Positions 59,528 through 64,000 of a stretch of DNA of 64,000 bases are shown piece by piece; position 1 is the first letter of the stretch, and every line of letters starts with the position of its first letter. Both the position numbers and the translations under genes were made by a program. A model generated the notes under the pieces. It saw nothing but the letters and a program-made list of their open reading frames with translations. It did not search any database and was not told where the DNA came from. The stretch is from the NCBI GenBank assembly GCA_047601445.1, contig JASGJH010000001.1, positions 4,448,001-4,512,000 on the forward strand, given 5' to 3'. This stretch comes from Myxococcales bacterium (GTDB lineage Bacteria; Myxococcota_A; Polyangia; Polyangiales; DASUME01).

Positions 59528-60697
59528 CTAGAACGATGCCGCCATCACGCTCGTCAAACCGAGCGATAGATACGCCGTGTCGAGGTTCGCGCCACTCGAG
59601 GCCACGCGCACGTGCTCGGTGACGAAGGGACCCGCGCCCATGACGAGAGCATCGAACAGATGGAACACGGGCACCAAGGCGGCGCTGAACTGCAGCTCGT
59701 GGGTGACCACGAAGGTATCGACGCCGCCGAACAGGTTGGAGTTGGCCACGATGTCCGGCGTGCTGTAGGCGAAGCGCACCATGCGATCGAAGCGGTAGTC
59801 GATCTCGGGCTGCAGCAAGAGTGACCAGCGGTCCTTGAGCGGGAGCTCGATGAGGCCCTGCAGGCCCGCGCCGAGCCAGTAGGGGGCCAGGCTGCCCACT
59901 TCGCGGGCGCCACCGAAAACGTGGGCGCCGAAGGCGAAGTGATCGGTGAGGAAGCGCATGTACCCTACGCTGCCGACCATGTTGGAACCCATCGCGACGT
60001 TCAGGCCGAGCACGTTCTTGCCGCGGCGTGCGAAGGCGGGCAGCACGGGCTTTTCGTCGCGCCCGTCGCGGGGCGGAGCACCGAAGGAGTAGGTCAGGTT
60101 GGGGCCGAAGTTGAGCCGCCATTCCCAAGTCTCGACCTCGGACAGCGGAGCGTAGGCAGTGAACGAGGGGCCGAAGCCGATGGCCGCGCTGGAGGACAGG
60201 TGCAGCAGGAGCTCGGTGGAGATGCCGAGAGTGGCCTGCATGAGCTTCTGCGTGATGAGGTGCGGAGGATACTGGCGGGCACCCTCATAGGGGTCAGCCA
60301 CGAGGATGCGGCGACGGCCATCGCGCACGCCGAACCAAGTCCAGATGCGCAGACTCAAGTGGCGGTTGAGGGGGATGTGACCGACGAGGTCGAGGTCGCC
60401 GCCGCCGTAGGTGGCCACGGGTTCATCGAAGAAGCCGGTGTCGCGCAGGCGGGCCATGTCGAACGTGAGGGTTCCGCCCATGGCGAAGTTGTTGCGGATG
60501 AAGTGGACCATGGTGAAGCGTCCACCCGCGTGCCAGGCCTGATGCGACTGGGTGAAGCCGCTGCCGTTCACGGAGGCGTTGAGCCCCGTCTGCACCACGG
60601 TGCGCCCCTCGGCTCCGTACTCGTTGCGCATCTGCGCGCGTGCGCCGCTGGCCAGGAAGAGGAGCGCCAACGTCAACACTCCGCACAAGCTCTTCAT
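59528..60697 (-). CDS. outer-membrane beta-barrel protein with two related halves
   Basis: Signal ending ARA; HFIRNNFAMG and RFLTDHFAFG repeats; alternating beta strands; terminal Phe. Confidence 0.6.
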   Translation of the reverse strand: MKSLCGVLTLALLFLASGARAQMRNEYGAEGRTVVQTGLNASVNGSGFTQSHQAWHAGGRFTMVHFIRNNFAMGGTLTFDMARLRDTGFFDEPVATYGGGDLDLVGHIPLNRHLSLRIWTWFGVRDGRRRILVADPYEGARQYPPHLITQKLMQATLGISTELLLHLSSSAAIGFGPSFTAYAPLSEVETWEWRLNFGPNLTYSFGAPPRDGRDEKPVLPAFARRGKNVLGLNVAMGSNMVGSVGYMRFLTDHFAFGAHVFGGAREVGSLAPYWLGAGLQGLIELPLKDRWSLLLQPEIDYRFDRMVRFAYSTPDIVANSNLFGGVDTFVVTHELQFSAALVPVFHLFDALVMGAGPFVTEHVRVASSGANLDTAYLSLGLTSVMAASF

Positions 60698-60813
60698 CGG
60701 CGCTGACGCTAGCACGCGAGGGTGCGGTGCTCGGTCGGCCGCGGGCCAGGAAAGCTCGATCACCCCGACCTTGGCGGGCTGTTTGCGGCAAGCGCGCGGA
60801 AGCTTCGGTTAGC

Positions 60814-61485
60814 ATGGCTGGCATGGTGGGATTTCGACGCGGGCACGGTGAATGTCGGGCGCTCTCGAAGGTGCTGCTGCTCGCGGCGCTCGGAGCGCTG
60901 CTCGCATGCGATCCAACCGAGCCTCCTGCCTCCTGGATCGTCGCGCACGACTCGGACGCGGGCAACGAGGGCGCGGATGCAGGCCGGGATGGCGCGGCCA
61001 ACCCACCAGGCGATGACCCGGACGAAGTGGACCCCGACCCCATCCTGTGCGGGGGCGCCTACAAGGACCCGTGTGCCGAGGGCAAGTACTGCGACTGGAC
61101 CGACGGCTGCGGCACCGCAGGCAACTGCTTCACGCGCGATGGCTGCGATTTGGGCGGCGATCACGTGATCTGCGGCTGCGACGGCAAGACGTACATGGAT
61201 GATTGCGTGGCGTACCAGCAGGGGGTCTCGATGGCCCACGAGGGGCCCTGCCTCGACAAGGCTCGCCAGTTCAGCTGCGGTCGCTTTACCTGCGACAACG
61301 GGAGCTACTGCTTGGACCTGAGCTCCGCGCATGACGAGCGCAGCCAGGAGCGCTTCGTGTGCCTGCCGCTGCCGACGGGCTGCAGTCCCGACAAGTGCGA
61401 CTGCAAACAGAAGCTCGACGGCGCTTGCTACGTGAGCTCGACGTGCTCGGTGGAGGGGAATCACCTGGTGGTGACGTGCAAGTGA
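60814..61485 (+). CDS. Cys-rich lipoprotein with Kazal-like domain
   Basis: LLA-C lipobox; ICGCDGKTYMDDCVA...HEGPC. Start uncertain. Confidence 0.75.
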   Translation: MAGMVGFRRGHGECRALSKVLLLAALGALLACDPTEPPASWIVAHDSDAGNEGADAGRDGAANPPGDDPDEVDPDPILCGGAYKDPCAEGKYCDWTDGCGTAGNCFTRDGCDLGGDHVICGCDGKTYMDDCVAYQQGVSMAHEGPCLDKARQFSCGRFTCDNGSYCLDLSSAHDERSQERFVCLPLPTGCSPDKCDCKQKLDGACYVSSTCSVEGNHLVVTCK

Positions 61486-61532
61486 AGCGGCCTTACCCGG
61501 GGCCGATGGAATAGGCGCGCGGGCAGGGGCTG

Positions 61533-62138
61533 TTGGCGCGCGTGATTCGACGCCTCGTGAGCCTGCTGATGGTCTCGGTGTTCGTGGCGGGCCTGGCTTC
61601 GCCCGCGCGAGCCGAGGCGCCCGTGCAGGAGCCGCCCAAGGTGGAGCTCGAGCTGCGCACACCGGGCCCCGAGTACAAGGTGTGGATGCGCGGGAGGGGG
61701 CAACGTTCCCCCGTGGCGCTATGCGCGGGCGCGTGCACCGAGCTGGTGACGCCCGGCGAGTACCACTTTGCGTTGAGCTACGCGGACCGACCGCCACGTG
61801 AGGATCCGTGGTGGCTCTCCATTCGGGAGAACGTGGCCCTCGAGGGAAGCTATCGGAGCCGCCGCACGCTGCGCATGGCGGGTGGTGGCCTCATCCTGCT
61901 CGGTGTGGTGGGCATGTTCGCCACCATGAGGGCCGTGCACTCGCTGGACAAGACCGAGTGTGACTCCGAGTACGATGGGGACTGTCCCGACAACGAGGCG
62001 ACCTTCCCTAACTCGGACCGCATTCCACGCGTCATGGCCGGCGGATTGATTTCGTCGGGCCTGGTGATGCTCGCGGGGCTGGCCATGACCCTGCTGCGAG
62101 ACCGCGCGCGCTTCCAGGCCTTCACGCGCAAGAGGTAG
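61533..62138 (+). CDS. hypothetical membrane protein
   Basis: Signal ending ARA and two C-terminal TM segments. Confidence 0.6.
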   Translation: MARVIRRLVSLLMVSVFVAGLASPARAEAPVQEPPKVELELRTPGPEYKVWMRGRGQRSPVALCAGACTELVTPGEYHFALSYADRPPREDPWWLSIRENVALEGSYRSRRTLRMAGGGLILLGVVGMFATMRAVHSLDKTECDSEYDGDCPDNEATFPNSDRIPRVMAGGLISSGLVMLAGLAMTLLRDRARFQAFTRKR

Positions 62139-62240
62139 GGTAGGCCGCGAGACGAGCCCGTAAACACGCGGAAAAGCCGGGCCCCGCGACTGCCCTCTCC
62201 CCGGGCGGGCAGGGGCACGGTATCCTCGGACTCGCCCTCG

Positions 62241-64000
62241 ATGAATATCGCCTCGCGCCTGCTCCTGGTGTGGCTCCTCCTGATCGCCCAAGCCGCCTTT
62301 GCCCAGGAGGCCGCCCGCAAAGCGCCCGCGGCTGCCTGGGTGCAGCCCATGGCGGTGCCCCGCGTGACCGGCGCCACGGAGGGCGACACCGAAGATCTGC
62401 TCGATGACTCGCAGCTCCTGGTGGAGGCCGGCCACCACACTAGCTACCGGCATGTCGCCTATGCGGTGCGCTCCGCGGCCGGAGTCCACAACCGTTCCGA
62501 ACTGACCATCGCGCGCGACTCCGACGAGCAAGTCACATGGCACTTCATCCGTCGCCACCGTGGCGGCGAAGTGGTGGACTTGCTGCCCAAGCTCGACATC
62601 AAGGTGATCCAGCCGGAGAGCGACCTCGACAACGGGCTGTACGACGAGTCCAAGCGCGAGGTGGCGTTCCTGGAGGACGTGCGCGTGGGGGATGTCATCG
62701 AGTACGCCTTCTCGCGACACACCAGCGACAGCGTCACCGGCGGCGCGTTTGCGGCTCGCTATTGGCTCGGTCGCAATGAGCCCATTGCGCGCTTCCACGT
62801 GAAGGTCTCCTGGCCCAAGGAGCGCACCATGCAGGTGCGTGAGTTTGGCGCCAACGTCGAGCGCACCGACGACGGCATCCGCTATCTCAAGGACAACGTC
62901 CAGGGCTACGAGGCGCAATCGCGGGAGCCCTTGTGGTTCGAGGGCATGGCCCGCATGGAGATCAGCGAGTTCGCGAGCTGGGAATCCGTGGTGAAGTGGG
63001 CGCTACCCAACTTCACGCTGGCCTCGGTGGATCCGAGTTTGGTGGCCCAGGCGGACGCCCTCCGCAAGCAGGCCCGAAGCCTCCCGGGGGCTGGTACGCC
63101 CGAAGAGCTGGCCGGGCTCGCCGTGCGCTTCGTGCAAGATGACGTGCGCTATCTCGGCTTCGAGGCCGGCGCTCAAGGGGTGGTGCCCCACCCGCCGGCG
63201 CAAGTGCTGGCCCAGCGCTTCGGAGATTGCAAAGACAAGACCTTCCTGTTGGTCACGCTGCTGCAGCAACTCGGCATCCAGGCGGCGCCCGCCCTGGTGA
63301 ACACCAAGTGGGGTCGGGGCATCGCCGATTCGTTGCCGAGCCCGTGGTCGTTCGACCACGCCGTGGTGTGGCTCAAGCTCGCTGGGCGCGAGGTGTGGGT
63401 CGATGCCACGCAGAGCTACCAGCGCGGTCCGGTGAGCTCGCTACCGAGTCTCCCCTATGGCAAAGCGCTGGTGTTGCGCGACGGCGAGCGCGTCTTGCGC
63501 GACGTGCCGGTGCAGATCCCCAAGGAGCCGCAGGTGTTCGTGCGGGAGCGCTTCTGGCTCGAGAACGACGCGTCCTCGCTGCTGGAGGTGCACACGGTGT
63601 ACTCGGGTTCCGAGGCGAACGACATCCGCGCGCGCTTCGCTCACGAGAAGAAAGAGGATCTCCAGAAGGGCTACCTGGACTTCTACGGCAAGAACTACGG
63701 CGCCATCGAGGTGGCGTTCCCGCTGAGTATCCAGGACGACCAGGAGAAGAACCAGATCACGGTGAGAGAGCAGTATCGGCTGACCGAAGTTGGTGCGAAG
63801 GGACAATACGTGGCGGCGGCCTGGACCTTGTTCGAGCACCTCGCGTTGCCCGAGGCCTCACGCAGTGAGAGCCCTTTTGCCCTCGCGCACCCGGTGCGTG
63901 CGCGGCACGTGCTGGAGATCCAGGACTTGGCCAAGAGCGAGTTCTGGGAGGACAGCGAAGACGTGTACAACCCTGCCTTCCGCTACCAGTACCGGGCCGA
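62241..64000 (+). CDS. DUF3857 + transglutaminase-like domain protein (3' truncated by window edge)
   Basis: Not in the ORF track because it has no stop. ATG 62241, signal MNIASRLLLVWLLLIAQAAFA, DVRVGDVIEY, VQDDVRY, RFGDCKDK, FDHA, WVDAT. Confidence 0.88.
   Translation, partial: MNIASRLLLVWLLLIAQAAFAQEAARKAPAAAWVQPMAVPRVTGATEGDTEDLLDDSQLLVEAGHHTSYRHVAYAVRSAAGVHNRSELTIARDSDEQVTWHFIRRHRGGEVVDLLPKLDIKVIQPESDLDNGLYDESKREVAFLEDVRVGDVIEYAFSRHTSDSVTGGAFAARYWLGRNEPIARFHVKVSWPKERTMQVREFGANVERTDDGIRYLKDNVQGYEAQSREPLWFEGMARMEISEFASWESVVKWALPNFTLASVDPSLVAQADALRKQARSLPGAGTPEELAGLAVRFVQDDVRYLGFEAGAQGVVPHPPAQVLAQRFGDCKDKTFLLVTLLQQLGIQAAPALVNTKWGRGIADSLPSPWSFDHAVVWLKLAGREVWVDATQSYQRGPVSSLPSLPYGKALVLRDGERVLRDVPVQIPKEPQVFVRERFWLENDASSLLEVHTVYSGSEANDIRARFAHEKKEDLQKGYLDFYGKNYGAIEVAFPLSIQDDQEKNQITVREQYRLTEVGAKGQYVAAAWTLFEHLALPEASRSESPFALAHPVRARHVLEIQDLAKSEFWEDSEDVYNPAFRYQYRA

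Overview
GC-rich bacterial DNA with a myxobacterial (Polyangiales-like) gene repertoire: many Cys-rich lipoproteins, MYXO-CTERM-like tails, DUF4215-like repeats and an AgmX/PglI-type domain. Most of the window is accessory secreted or surface genes. It also holds a rearranged stressosome (RsbR/S/T/X) cluster, an SF1 helicase, and a B12-dependent ribonucleotide reductase (nrdJ) with NrdR-like and DnaA-like boxes upstream. The most notable part is a compositionally distinct island (about 41.4-49.1 kb) next to the 3' end of nrdJ. It encodes a metallophosphoesterase-NTPase fusion, a highly structured ~190-nt non-coding element with an unpaired U5 tract, a 515-aa stand-alone reverse transcriptase with C-terminal tyrosines, a cytoplasmic trypsin-like protease and a ParE-type toxin-antitoxin pair. 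My best inference is a DRT9/UG28-like defence RT-ncRNA system in an unusual gene context. No rRNA, tRNA, CRISPR array or transposase/integrase was recognised. All assignments come from reading motifs by eye; no searches or folding computations were run.
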